Shown here piece by piece: positions 19,077-28,968 of a DNA stretch of 38,598 nucleotides. Below the pieces are notes generated by a model. The model was given only the letters and a program-made list of their open reading frames with translations. It searched no databases and was not told the DNA's origin. Origin of the DNA: Promethearchaeia archaeon (GTDB lineage Archaea; Asgardarchaeota; Lokiarchaeia; Sigyniarchaeales; SOKP01); contig JAHQWL010000050.1 of NCBI GenBank assembly GCA_029856155.1, forward strand, positions 1 to 38,598. The letters run 5' to 3'. Within the stretch, counting starts at the first letter, position 1. Each line of letters opens with the position of its first letter. The position numbers and the translations under genes were made by a program.

Positions 19077-19967
19077 ATGAACTCTAATACTAAAGAAGAA
19101 GAAACCAATAATAGTAAAGTAGATTATACAATCGATTTTGTAACTACTAGTGCAATAAGTAAAATTGGCTATAAATTTCTTGCTCTATATATCCCTATTC
19201 TATGGATGTCGGGATATATGACTGTAGCGGTATTTTTCGATGTATCAAGTTATATTCCGTGGTATATAAATATGTTTTTAATCCCTGTATGGTTATTTAT
19301 TTTATATTTTATTTTCGTTTTTGGAATCGCAATTTTTACAAAAGCTTTCATCCTAATAATAAATATGCTTCATAAGCCTAAAGAGGGAGTCTTCAGAGCT
19401 GAAGAAGGCGATCGAGATTATGAATATTGGCGATTAAGAGTAGAATTAAAAAAGTTGGTTTTTTGGTTTATGAATAATGGTCCTTTACCATGGATAGTAA
19501 TGTGGGGTTTCAGATGGATGGGGATTAAAGTAGACTTTTCAAGTCATATGCATGATGCGTGGGCAGATGAAAGATTCATTGAATTTGGTCGAAATGTTAC
19601 TGTAGGACAAGGAGCAGTAGTAATGAGCTCAATGGTTGTAGGAAAATATCTGATAATTAAAAAAGTAGTCATAGGAGATTACACTGTCGTAGGGGGGTTA
19701 AATCTTATATCTCCAGGCACAGTAATGGGGAGAGAATCTGTCACAGGTGCATTTTCAGCAACAATTCCAAACCAACAAATAGAAACAGGTTGGATATACT
19801 TAGGCCCACATTTTGCTAGGAAATTAAAACCAAATAAATATGCAGAACAAAGACGCGATATTATATATGAAGTCCGTGTAGATGATGAAATAAAATATGA
19901 AGTTAAGCAAGATGTCAATATAGATGAAGATAAGAAAAAATTTCTGAATAATAATATAGAGGATTAA
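19077..19967 (+). CDS. 2TM + LbH protein, module B
   Basis: Two TM helices, KPKEGVF..DYEYWRLR, FIEFGRNVTVGQGAVV, VVIGDYTVVG and WIYLGP. Confidence 0.75.
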   Translation: MNSNTKEEETNNSKVDYTIDFVTTSAISKIGYKFLALYIPILWMSGYMTVAVFFDVSSYIPWYINMFLIPVWLFILYFIFVFGIAIFTKAFILIINMLHKPKEGVFRAEEGDRDYEYWRLRVELKKLVFWFMNNGPLPWIVMWGFRWMGIKVDFSSHMHDAWADERFIEFGRNVTVGQGAVVMSSMVVGKYLIIKKVVIGDYTVVGGLNLISPGTVMGRESVTGAFSATIPNQQIETGWIYLGPHFARKLKPNKYAEQRRDIIYEVRVDDEIKYEVKQDVNIDEDKKKFLNNNIED

Positions 19968-19972
19968 AGATT

Positions 19973-20821
19973 ATGTCAGTGCCTTCGAGTTTAAAAGTAG
20001 GACCAAATACAACTCTTATCTTAGCAAAAAAGAGATATTTAATCTTTTATATCTTTTTAATCTGGATTAGTCTTTTTTCAATACAGTTTGAATTTTGGTT
20101 GTTCTGGAAACTTTATGAACCGAAATTTATTCATTTCGTATTTTTCTTACCTTTATTAGTTTTTGTTATGTATCTAACATCAATTTTAGTATCCTTAATC
20201 TTTGCTAAAATAATTCTAGTAATTATTAATCTTATTCATAGACCACGAGAAGGGGTGTTTTTAAGACATCACTCGGACAAAGACTATAGATATTGGAGTC
20301 TTAGAAGTACTATAAAAAAATGGCCATTATGGCTATCCCATAAATTTCCATTCCCTTTTATGAATAATATATGTTCTAAAATGTTTGGTATAAAGACCAA
20401 CTATTCCAACTCTTTATTTGAAGGATGGGTTGATACAGAATTTATTGAATTTGGTAAAAATGTTGTAGTTGGGCAGGGAGCAATAGTCCAGTCATCAGTT
20501 ATTGTTGGAAATTTATTTATCATTAGAAAAACCATCATTGAAGAAAATGTTTTGATTGGCTCTCAAAGCGTTGTTATGCCTGGAACGCATATGAAAAAAA
20601 ATTCTATTTTAGGAGGTCACTCAATGACTAAAATAGGTCAAGAATTAGAAGAGAATTGGATTTATTTAGGGGGCCCAGCTAAAAAGTTTAAAAAAAATGT
20701 ATTTTATGAAGATGGATTGGCAGAGATTATTAAAAATCAAGGAATTGGCGACATTAAAACAGAAGCGAAATTCGAAGGATTATATACTGTGCGTAAGGAT
20801 AAAGAGATTATTGATGATTGA
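19973..20821 (+). CDS. 2TM + LbH protein, module C
   Basis: Two TM helices, RPREGVF..DYRYWSLR, FIEFGKNVVVGQGAIV and WIYLGGPAK. Confidence 0.75.
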   Translation: MSVPSSLKVGPNTTLILAKKRYLIFYIFLIWISLFSIQFEFWLFWKLYEPKFIHFVFFLPLLVFVMYLTSILVSLIFAKIILVIINLIHRPREGVFLRHHSDKDYRYWSLRSTIKKWPLWLSHKFPFPFMNNICSKMFGIKTNYSNSLFEGWVDTEFIEFGKNVVVGQGAIVQSSVIVGNLFIIRKTIIEENVLIGSQSVVMPGTHMKKNSILGGHSMTKIGQELEENWIYLGGPAKKFKKNVFYEDGLAEIIKNQGIGDIKTEAKFEGLYTVRKDKEIIDD

Positions 20822-20874
20822 AAGACTTTATTTTCTTATTGAATTGTGATATTAAAATTTCTATATGATTAAAA

Positions 20875-21675
20875 ATGAAAATTGGATATATCCAAACATC
20901 TCCTCTATTTGGAGATAAAAAATATAATTTTGAAGAAATTGAAAAACTTATAACTGGCGTAAAAGCAGACTTATTAGTATTGCCGGAATTGTTTGCAACT
21001 GGTTATAATTTTGTTTCTAATAAAGAAGCAATATCATTAGCAGAAAGCCAAGATGGTGAAACTGCTCAATTTCTTATAAATGTTGCTCGATCGACTGAAT
21101 CAATAGTTATTGGTGGATTTATCGAAAAAGAAGGAGAAAAAGTATACAATGCAGCAATGATGGTATCAAATAATGGAGTTATCGGGTCATACCGAAAAAT
21201 TCATTTATATTATAAAGAAAATCTGTGGTTTTCTCCAGGAGATAAACCCCTAAAAATATATGATATAAATGGAGTTAAAGTTGGGATTATGATTTGTTTT
21301 GATTGGATTTTCCCGGAAACGGCACGGATTCTTGGCCTTTTAGGCGCAGATATTATTGCTCATCCATCAAATTTAGTTCTCCCTTTTTGCCAAAAAGCGA
21401 TGATTACTAGATGTTTGGAAAATCGGGTGTTTGCAATAACTTCAAATAGAATAGGTGAAGAAAAACGAGGCGAGGATCATTTTAAATTTACTGGCAAAAG
21501 TCAAATTACCTCTTATAATGGTGATATTTTGTCTTCTGCTCCTGAGGATAAAAATTATGTTGATATAATTGATGTTGATATTCAACAAGCTAGAGATAAG
21601 AAACTCAATGAATTCAATGATCTATTTGAAAACCGACGTGTAGAATTTTATAAGACTCTTGTTAAATCAAAATAG
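20875..21675 (+). CDS. Nitrilase-superfamily carbon-nitrogen hydrolase/amidase
   Basis: LPEL / YRKIHL / ICFDWIFPE catalytic triad. Confidence 0.92.
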   Translation: MKIGYIQTSPLFGDKKYNFEEIEKLITGVKADLLVLPELFATGYNFVSNKEAISLAESQDGETAQFLINVARSTESIVIGGFIEKEGEKVYNAAMMVSNNGVIGSYRKIHLYYKENLWFSPGDKPLKIYDINGVKVGIMICFDWIFPETARILGLLGADIIAHPSNLVLPFCQKAMITRCLENRVFAITSNRIGEEKRGEDHFKFTGKSQITSYNGDILSSAPEDKNYVDIIDVDIQQARDKKLNEFNDLFENRRVEFYKTLVKSK

Positions 21676-21692
21676 CGAGCTTTTTTAATTAT

Positions 21693-22610
21693 ATGAAAAT
21701 TGGATATCCTTGCATAAATCTAACGTTAAACTGTAGAAGTAGTAGAACTTTTCGCTTAAGAAACTATTCAGAAGAAAGGCTTATAGAGACTATTGAAAAT
21801 AATTTAAACTGTTTAGCAAAAATATTAGAATTCAACTACAAAAATAATATTTTCTTTTTTAGAATTACTTCGGATTTAATACCTTTTGCTTCTCATCCAA
21901 TCATGAAATTCGATTGGCAAGAATATTTTAAAACCAAGTTTAAGGAAATTGGAGTTTTTATAAAAAAGAACTCAATGCGAATTACGATGCATCCTGGTCA
22001 ATATACTGTTCTTAACTCTAAAAGTGATAGGGTGGTTAAAAATAGTATAAAAGAATTGAAATATCATGTTGATGTTTTAGATTTATTGGGTTTAAATTCA
22101 GAATCGAAAATAATCACCCATGTGGGAGGAGTTTATGGTGATAAGAAAAATAGCATTAAACGATTTATAGAACAACATAATAAACTCAATGAAAATATAA
22201 AAGATCACTATATTATTGAAAACGATGATAAAAATTATCAGCTAAAGGATTGCTTATTAATTAATGAATCTACAGAAATACCAATTGTTTTAGATTCATA
22301 TCATCATTATTGTTATAATCAAGGAGAACTATTAGAAAAAGCTATAGAACTTGTTAATAATACGTGGAAAAAAAGTGATGGATTACCAATAGTACATTAC
22401 AGTTCTGAACACCCATTAAAGGGTAAATATAGACATGCTGATGAGATTGATATAAATCATTTTAAGAATTTCTTAAAAAAAACTATTAATATCAATTTTG
22501 ATCTAATGTTGGAAATTAAAAATAAAGAAAAAAGTGCCTTAAGTGCCATAAAAATTCTAATTAATGATATTCGATTTATGCAAATTCTAGCAGAATTTTC
22601 AAATAATTAG
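21693..22610 (+). CDS. uvsE: UV DNA damage repair endonuclease UvsE/UVDE
   Basis: MKIGYPCIN, FRITSDLIPFASHP, MHPGQYTVLNS, ENDD, HAD and MLEIKNKE motifs. Confidence 0.93.
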   Translation: MKIGYPCINLTLNCRSSRTFRLRNYSEERLIETIENNLNCLAKILEFNYKNNIFFFRITSDLIPFASHPIMKFDWQEYFKTKFKEIGVFIKKNSMRITMHPGQYTVLNSKSDRVVKNSIKELKYHVDVLDLLGLNSESKIITHVGGVYGDKKNSIKRFIEQHNKLNENIKDHYIIENDDKNYQLKDCLLINESTEIPIVLDSYHHYCYNQGELLEKAIELVNNTWKKSDGLPIVHYSSEHPLKGKYRHADEIDINHFKNFLKKTININFDLMLEIKNKEKSALSAIKILINDIRFMQILAEFSNN

Positions 22611-22626
22611 CAATATATTTTTTAAA

Positions 22627-23118
22627 GTGGAAAAGCTGTTATTATTGATGAGTGTTATTAAATTACCAAAAATGGAAGAAAAGGAAATAAAAGAAGCAAT
22701 TAATTCACATAACTTATGTAGAATAGCGTTTATTGATGATGAATATCCTTATATTTCACCGTTCCAATATGTTCTTATTGATGATATAATGTATTTTCAC
22801 TTTACTGATTACGGTAAAAAGAAAGAAATTCTCTCAAATAACGCTAATGTTTGTGTCTCAATAGAAAAATTTGAATCAGATCTTAGTAGCTACTATTTTA
22901 TTTCAATGCAGGGTAAATTAGAATTAGTTGAAGATAATTATTTAAAAAAAGAAGTTATTAATCAAATGGCAAAATCTGCGAGTAGTAAATATTCACATAA
23001 TTTTCTATCAGTGCATGGTTTTAAAAAAAGTCAAGGTTGGGATGCTTTTACAGCAAAGAATCAAGTTATTTATAAATTCGAGCAAATAAGAACTCCAATT
23101 GGTCTAAAATCTATATAG
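22627..23118 (+). CDS. Pyridoxamine 5'-phosphate oxidase-like (NimA-type) flavin-binding protein; start probably ATG 22648
   Basis: LCRIAF..PYISPFQY..YFHF..GKKKEILSNNANVCV. Confidence 0.85.
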   Translation: MEKLLLLMSVIKLPKMEEKEIKEAINSHNLCRIAFIDDEYPYISPFQYVLIDDIMYFHFTDYGKKKEILSNNANVCVSIEKFESDLSSYYFISMQGKLELVEDNYLKKEVINQMAKSASSKYSHNFLSVHGFKKSQGWDAFTAKNQVIYKFEQIRTPIGLKSI

Positions 23119-23186
23119 AGATACTTCAGATTATCTATTCTCATATATTTTTAAGGTATAAATTTAGTTTATTAAAAATTAAAATT

Positions 23187-23255
23187 TGATTTGGAAAAGT
23201 GTGGCTAACTTTGAGGAATAAAATCTCATTTTTTTATTTGATTCCTTCCAAATCA
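23187..23255 (-). promoter_or_regulatory. 3' UTR stem-loop directly after the selenoprotein candidate stop (possible SECIS-like element or terminator)
   Basis: Perfect 10-bp inverted repeat TGATTTGGAA/TTCCAAATCA (23246-23255 and 23187-23196) plus an alternative inner stem GGAATCAAAT/ATTTTATTCC. Confidence 0.4.
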
Positions 23256-23732
23256 TTATTTTATATTAATTTTTTCGAGAACTTGTAAAATTTCATTGTT
23301 TTCTGGGATATCATGCATATTTTTTCCATAATATGCGTATTGAATTATCCCTTTCTTGTCAATTATTAATAATCCAGGCATTCGCCCAAGTTTTATCCAA
23401 CGTTTTTCTTGTTTTAACATTGTAGCAACTTTTTTTGATTCATCATAAAAAACCGCATACTTTCTTGCATATTTTTGTTCCATTTTTTGAGCATTTTTTT
23501 CATTATCTACTAAGATTGGATATAAATAACCATCCAATTCTTCAAATTTTTCGATATCTCTCCTTAATCTAGCAGCATGCCACCGACAGAAAGGTCAATT
23601 GATATCTCTAAATAAAACAATTATTACATTTTTTTTGTTTTCAAGATCTCTGATATTGACTGCTTCACCTCTAGAGTTTGGTAAACTAAACTCTTTGATT
23701 TTAGTACCAACTAAATTGAATTTATCTTTCAA
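23256..23732 (-). CDS. Peroxiredoxin-like (AhpC/TSA) protein with in-frame TGA, probably selenocysteine (UxxC); 158 aa
   Basis: TTG at 23732 gives MKDKFNLVGTKIKEFSLPNSRGEAVNIRDLENKKNVIIVLFRDIN-TGA-PFCRWHAARL, in frame with ORF 23256..23537 (MPGLLIIDKKGIIQYAY). TGA is at 23597-23595. Confidence 0.85.
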
Positions 23733-23849
23733 TTTAACTTCACTTCGATTTTTATTTATATTTTAAATAAAGAATAAATAAATATTTCTTAATTATATAC
23801 TTCTTTAAAATTATAAATTTAAATTGAAAGTCTATTCTGTGATGAGAAA

Positions 23850-24251
23850 ATGGCTCTTGATATAAATTGGATAGCTGTTGTAGTTGTTGCATTGATATAT
23901 TTTGCAATCCATTTTTTTTGGTATTTTCCTTTTGCATTTGGTAATCTATGGCTTAAATTAGTAGGAAAAGAAAGTGAACCGAAGTCTAAAATTATTAGAG
24001 ATACTATAATTATGATTCCAACTAGTTTTATAACAGTTCTTTTCATCGAGATAATGATGGATTTAACTGGTATGAATGATATCGTTCCCGCTTTATTACT
24101 TAGTTGCATGTTATGGCTCGGTTTTGTGGCAACAATTGCTATTAACCAAAATAATTTTAATGATAGAGGAATTAAGCTATTTTTATTAGAATATGGTTTT
24201 TATCTTATAGGTTTTATAATTAGTGGAGCGATATTAGCAGTTTGGATATAA
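23850..24251 (+). CDS. DUF1761-like small membrane protein
   Basis: INWIAVVV..FFWY..FGNLWLKLVG; four TM helices. Confidence 0.75.
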   Translation: MALDINWIAVVVVALIYFAIHFFWYFPFAFGNLWLKLVGKESEPKSKIIRDTIIMIPTSFITVLFIEIMMDLTGMNDIVPALLLSCMLWLGFVATIAINQNNFNDRGIKLFLLEYGFYLIGFIISGAILAVWI

Positions 24252-24377
24252 TCTACTAATTTATCTATATTTTATTAATTAAACTCCTTTTTTTTTTCAA
24301 ATTTTAAAGAATAGTATGAAATAAATTTATAATTTTGAGAGAGATGAGTTAAAATCTAATTTCGTATATGTTTATTT

Positions 24378-25217
24378 ATGAACTCTATTGAAAAATCGGA
24401 AGATGGTTGGCTAATACCAAAATCTCCAATTACATTTGATTATCTAAAAAGATTCAATCGAAATATGGGTATTTTACATTTAGTGCAAGGTTTACTAATG
24501 GTGCTTTTTGGTTTTTTACCTCAACTAGCTTTTTCCAGAGATCTTTACACTTTTTACCTTAAGTATGAACTTATTAGCCCAGATTTTATTATCTCGCCAA
24601 ATCCTACGATACTTTTTGTCTTTAGTGCTTTAGGGGCATTTGTTGGATCCTTTTTATTGATGTCTGCTATTGCTCATCTATTAATTGCTTACCCACTTAA
24701 TAAAAGTTATGTCAAGAATTTAAAAAGAGGAATAAATAAGATACGCTGGTTTGAGTACGCCTTTTCAAGTTCGGTGATGATTTTCTTAATCGCTATTTTC
24801 TTTGGCGTGTGGGATTTCTGGTCATTGTTTATGATTTTTGTGTTAAATGCACTTATGAATATGTTTGGGTTAATGATGGAATTATACAATGTTAACACAA
24901 GAGAAAAAGGTGAAAAAGTTAAATGGGGGCCATATTATTTAGGTGTTATTGCCGGAGCCGTTCCTTGGATTGTAATTACTGCTTATTTTATAAGTACTGA
25001 ATCAATTGGAGGAGAAGTACCTCTATTTGTCTATTTGATTTACGGAATAGAACTCTTTTTCTTTAATACATTCGCTATCAACATGATATTGCAATATAAA
25101 GGAGTAGGAAAGTGGAAAGATTATCTATATGGTGAAAGAGTATACCAACTTTTAAGTCTTGTATCTAAAACATTTCTAGCATGGCTTGTATTTGCAGGAG
25201 TATTTAGTCCAACATAA
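24378..25217 (+). CDS. heR: Heliorhodopsin
   Basis: LKRFN..LHLVQG, AHLL, RWFEYAFSSSVM, LNALMNMFGLMME and YGERVYQLLSLVSK (retinal-binding Lys). Confidence 0.93.
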   Translation: MNSIEKSEDGWLIPKSPITFDYLKRFNRNMGILHLVQGLLMVLFGFLPQLAFSRDLYTFYLKYELISPDFIISPNPTILFVFSALGAFVGSFLLMSAIAHLLIAYPLNKSYVKNLKRGINKIRWFEYAFSSSVMIFLIAIFFGVWDFWSLFMIFVLNALMNMFGLMMELYNVNTREKGEKVKWGPYYLGVIAGAVPWIVITAYFISTESIGGEVPLFVYLIYGIELFFFNTFAINMILQYKGVGKWKDYLYGERVYQLLSLVSKTFLAWLVFAGVFSPT

Positions 25218-25268
25218 TTATCCAAAAATGAAAAAAGTTTTTTTCTTTTTTTTCTTTTTTTTGTAAAT

Positions 25269-26909
25269 TTATGCTTCTATTATATATAACGGCCATTTTT
25301 TTAAAATTCCTTTAGGATTTTTACCACTTCTAACTTTTTCTAAAACTTCTGAACGTGTCACCACAAAATCTATTGGATTTTCATTAACTAATTTGATTTT
25401 AATTTCATTATTTAAGATAGCTCCTTTAAACTCATCATTTAGAATGCAATCAAGTAAAATTTTGCTATAATTCTTCAAATTAGAACAATTTTTCTTACCA
25501 TTTGAATGAAGATACAACGTCCACGGTTTATCTGAAACTTTTTTTTTTCTAATCAATAAAAGAGAATCAATATTTAAGCCACAATTCTCTTTTAGACAAT
25601 TTAATAGAAGTCGTGGATTATGAACTTCGAAATTAGCAAAACTAAAATAATCACCAGCAAATACTTTATAATCCGATTGTATTACAATTTCTTTCGATAA
25701 GTTTATTGGATATTTTAATTGAAAACTTGAACGTAAAATTCTTCCATCTATTTGTGGAAGTCCTTCCTGATGTTTAATAGAAATAACATCACCCAAATCA
25801 ATATTAACTAAAACTCCTGAGTTATTGAGTCGTGAAACATAAAGCTTGCCAAATTTATTTTTAGTTCTTGAAATAGCTTCTTTATTTCCTTTATATTCTA
25901 CTACGGGAATCGTTAATGGAAGAATATACATTTTATTTAAGCGTGATATTTCAAAATCCCCCTTGTTTATACTTGCAGCAAATGGACCAACTTCAGAAGC
26001 TACATAAAGATTAATAAATTTTTCCTTACCCTCTTCCCATTTCATAAATTTACGAATTAATTCCCAATCTGATTTTGATAATGAACTTATACTAAAAACC
26101 AAAGTTGCTTTAAATATTTTTTTAGATAATTCTTTTTGAATCTCTTTTGAAGCACTAACTAATCCATTTTTTTCAATTTTTAATAGGAGGTCTTCAAGTT
26201 TGGGGTTTTGAGTTTTATTTATTAAATCAAGCGATCTTTTTATCCCATCTTGGAGTCTAGTAATATCTGCCCATCCTAAAATTGTTATTGCTGGTGCGGA
26301 AATAACTGAAATATTATCCATTGTTAAAATTTTAGATATTATATCTAAATTTCTTGAATTTTTATATTCATATAGCAAATATGATTTTGGTTTGATAACG
26401 GATAGCATGATTCTTTGAGAAAATTCCGAGGAATAAAGTGAAATAAATTTTTTATCTCCATGTTTTTGAATCCCATCAAATTTAAGCCTTGAAGGAACAA
26501 AAATTATAGCAGAGGAATTTAAATCTAACCCACTCGATTCAAAGATTGCCTGCATTCCGGGTGCCCATTGTCTTTTAACAATGTCTTTTGCCATATGAAA
26601 CCATTTTAGCATTGATAATTTACTGTTTGTAGTCCCTGAAGTATGACAAAAAATTAAGGGGTCAGAAACTTTATCACTATTTAAAAAATCATCTAAATCT
26701 ATTGAGAAACTTCTAGAATCGGTTGTTTCAGATTTTATCCTATCGAAAAGATCTTCAATAGAAGATAACCCCGAAAGCTTTAATGATAGCTCTTCATATT
26801 CCTCTTGAGAATCTATTTCAAACCAATTTTTCCAATTTATCCTTTCTATGTCTGAAAAAGCTTTATTGAAGTTATTTTGAACTTTTTCATCAAAATCATG
26901 AGTTTCCAA
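25269..26909 (-). CDS. GH3/LuxE/PaaK-like ANL-superfamily adenylate-forming enzyme
   Basis: HTSGTT (A3), LYVASEVG (A5), IDLGDVI (A7) and IDGR (hinge). Confidence 0.7.
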   Translation of the reverse strand: METHDFDEKVQNNFNKAFSDIERINWKNWFEIDSQEEYEELSLKLSGLSSIEDLFDRIKSETTDSRSFSIDLDDFLNSDKVSDPLIFCHTSGTTNSKLSMLKWFHMAKDIVKRQWAPGMQAIFESSGLDLNSSAIIFVPSRLKFDGIQKHGDKKFISLYSSEFSQRIMLSVIKPKSYLLYEYKNSRNLDIISKILTMDNISVISAPAITILGWADITRLQDGIKRSLDLINKTQNPKLEDLLLKIEKNGLVSASKEIQKELSKKIFKATLVFSISSLSKSDWELIRKFMKWEEGKEKFINLYVASEVGPFAASINKGDFEISRLNKMYILPLTIPVVEYKGNKEAISRTKNKFGKLYVSRLNNSGVLVNIDLGDVISIKHQEGLPQIDGRILRSSFQLKYPINLSKEIVIQSDYKVFAGDYFSFANFEVHNPRLLLNCLKENCGLNIDSLLLIRKKKVSDKPWTLYLHSNGKKNCSNLKNYSKILLDCILNDEFKGAILNNEIKIKLVNENPIDFVVTRSEVLEKVRSGKNPKGILKKWPLYIIEA

Positions 26910-27037
26910 AATAATCTCCTACGCTCTAAGTTTTATTTTATAATATTAATGGTTAAAAATAACGATATTTTCAAGATCTAATTAGAATAAATAAGGAAAA
27001 AATGAATTATATTGTTTTTCGAAAATATTTATTTGTT

Positions 27038-27577
27038 TTAAATATGAGCAAAAATACCATATAACCCAGACTCAGAATCTTGGAATATAGGCAAGTGTGG
27101 TGGCAAATAGGTAAATAGTATTAAAGAAAGTCCGAATCCTAAAATAACTATCCATGACATAATACTTATCCATCTTGGTAATTCATTTAATGTCAATATT
27201 TTATAGCTAACTACTTGACCAATAATTACACCAATATAAAAACTTAAAATGTCTATTATAAGAAGTTCTGCCCCAAGAATAGCTGTATATGAGTAAAATA
27301 CAATTAAAATGGTAGCTATACTTATTATAGCAGCAACGGTTTTTGCAATGATAATATTATTTGCTTTTTCTTTTATAAATTTATATTCGATTAAAAAAAA
27401 GATTATAAGTGGCCAATAGGGGAGTTTTAGATGTTCCCAAACACTTTCATTAACTGCAGTAATCGCCCCAACAGGAGGCCAAGAAAAAAGCCATTCAAAT
27501 ACAAAGTGGAATAAAGAACCAACGATAATAATAAAAACCATACCCAAAATTTCCCATTGTAATATTTTATTCTTCAT
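27038..27577 (-). CDS. DUF6512-like membrane protein
   Basis: GSLFHFVFEW, VNESVWEHLKL and FTYLPPHLPIFQD motifs. Confidence 0.75.
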   Translation of the reverse strand: MKNKILQWEILGMVFIIIVGSLFHFVFEWLFSWPPVGAITAVNESVWEHLKLPYWPLIIFFLIEYKFIKEKANNIIIAKTVAAIISIATILIVFYSYTAILGAELLIIDILSFYIGVIIGQVVSYKILTLNELPRWISIMSWIVILGFGLSLILFTYLPPHLPIFQDSESGLYGIFAHI

Positions 27578-27818
27578 GTTTTCACCTTTAAATCTTTAAA
27601 AATCTAATCCAATTAATTTTAGTTAAATTGAAAATATAAAAAAAGTGCATATTTCTGTTTTATATAATAGATTAAATTTAAAAACAGTTCTGTTTAGATT
27701 CTATAAATTTATTCTAAATAGTAGCTTATCTTTATTAGAACTTATATTAATTTCTTTATTATTTCTAGATTGAAATTTGTTAATTTTAAATGCTAGTGAA
27801 ATACTAGTTTGATTTGAT

Positions 27819-28826
27819 ATGAAAGCCGCTGTATATGATGGTAATAAAATAACAATAAAAGATGTACCCGATCCAGAAATTAAAGAATCTCAAGCCTTAG
27901 TTCGCGTTGAAGCGGTAGGAATTTGTGGAACAGATTTGGCAATCGCAAATGGCTATTTGCTAACGCCTACTCCAATTATTCTAGGACATGAATTTGCTGG
28001 AAAAGTTGTAAAAATAGGGAAAGAAGTTGATCTTTCTTGGTTAAATAAAAGGGTTACATCGGAAATTAATAGTAATATTGATTTTGATTGTTATTATTGT
28101 AAAAAAGGGCTCTATACTCAATGTGTATCTCGTAAAGCTATTGGAATTGATATAGATGGTGCTTTATCAGAATATATTGCATTAGAATCTTATTTGTTGC
28201 ATGAAATACCTGATTCAATTACTTATGATGAGGCTACTTTTATCGAACCTCTCGCTGCAGCTTATCAAACATTTGAAATGATGCCAATTGATAAAAGTGA
28301 TAAAACTATAGCTTTATTTGGTCTTGGAAAGTTAGGATTATTAATCACTCAAATAGCAATATCTAAAGGATTAACATTAATAGCTATAGATGGTTCAGAT
28401 AAAAAACTTAATCTTACCAAAGAATTTGGGGCTAAATATTTAATCAATAGGGTGACATGTAAAGATGTTCCCGATGAGATCATAAATCTGACTAATAATT
28501 TAGGCGCTGATATTGTAATTGATACAACTGGTAATCCTAATGCACTGAGGGAGATTATTGCTTCCTGCAGAACTCGAGGAAAAATTCATGTAAAGAGCAC
28601 TCATGGACTTGAAACACCAATTAATCTCACTGATATTGTCGTTCGCGAGCTAACGCTTTATAGTAGTAGATGTGGACCATTTGAAAAAGCAATTGACGGT
28701 TTAACATCTGGTAATATACAAGTAAAGCAATTAATTTCAAAAAAGTTCAAATTAGATGAAATAAATAAAGCTTTTGACTCTTATAAAAACAACCGAGATC
28801 ATATTAAAACTGTTGTTCACATATAG
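27819..28826 (+). CDS. Zinc-dependent medium-chain dehydrogenase (threonine/sorbitol dehydrogenase-like)
   Basis: GICGTD, GHEF, EPLAAA, GLGKLG and SRCGPF motifs. Confidence 0.9.
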   Translation: MKAAVYDGNKITIKDVPDPEIKESQALVRVEAVGICGTDLAIANGYLLTPTPIILGHEFAGKVVKIGKEVDLSWLNKRVTSEINSNIDFDCYYCKKGLYTQCVSRKAIGIDIDGALSEYIALESYLLHEIPDSITYDEATFIEPLAAAYQTFEMMPIDKSDKTIALFGLGKLGLLITQIAISKGLTLIAIDGSDKKLNLTKEFGAKYLINRVTCKDVPDEIINLTNNLGADIVIDTTGNPNALREIIASCRTRGKIHVKSTHGLETPINLTDIVVRELTLYSSRCGPFEKAIDGLTSGNIQVKQLISKKFKLDEINKAFDSYKNNRDHIKTVVHI

Positions 28827-28968
28827 TATCAATTTATTATTTATCCTATTCATACTCAATAATATACAAGAAAGTTAATAAAAAAACATTGAATTTTTTA
28901 AAAAATAAATTTTAATTAATAAATATACCTTTAAAATCATAAATTGGTTCTTTTAAGGAAAAATACTA

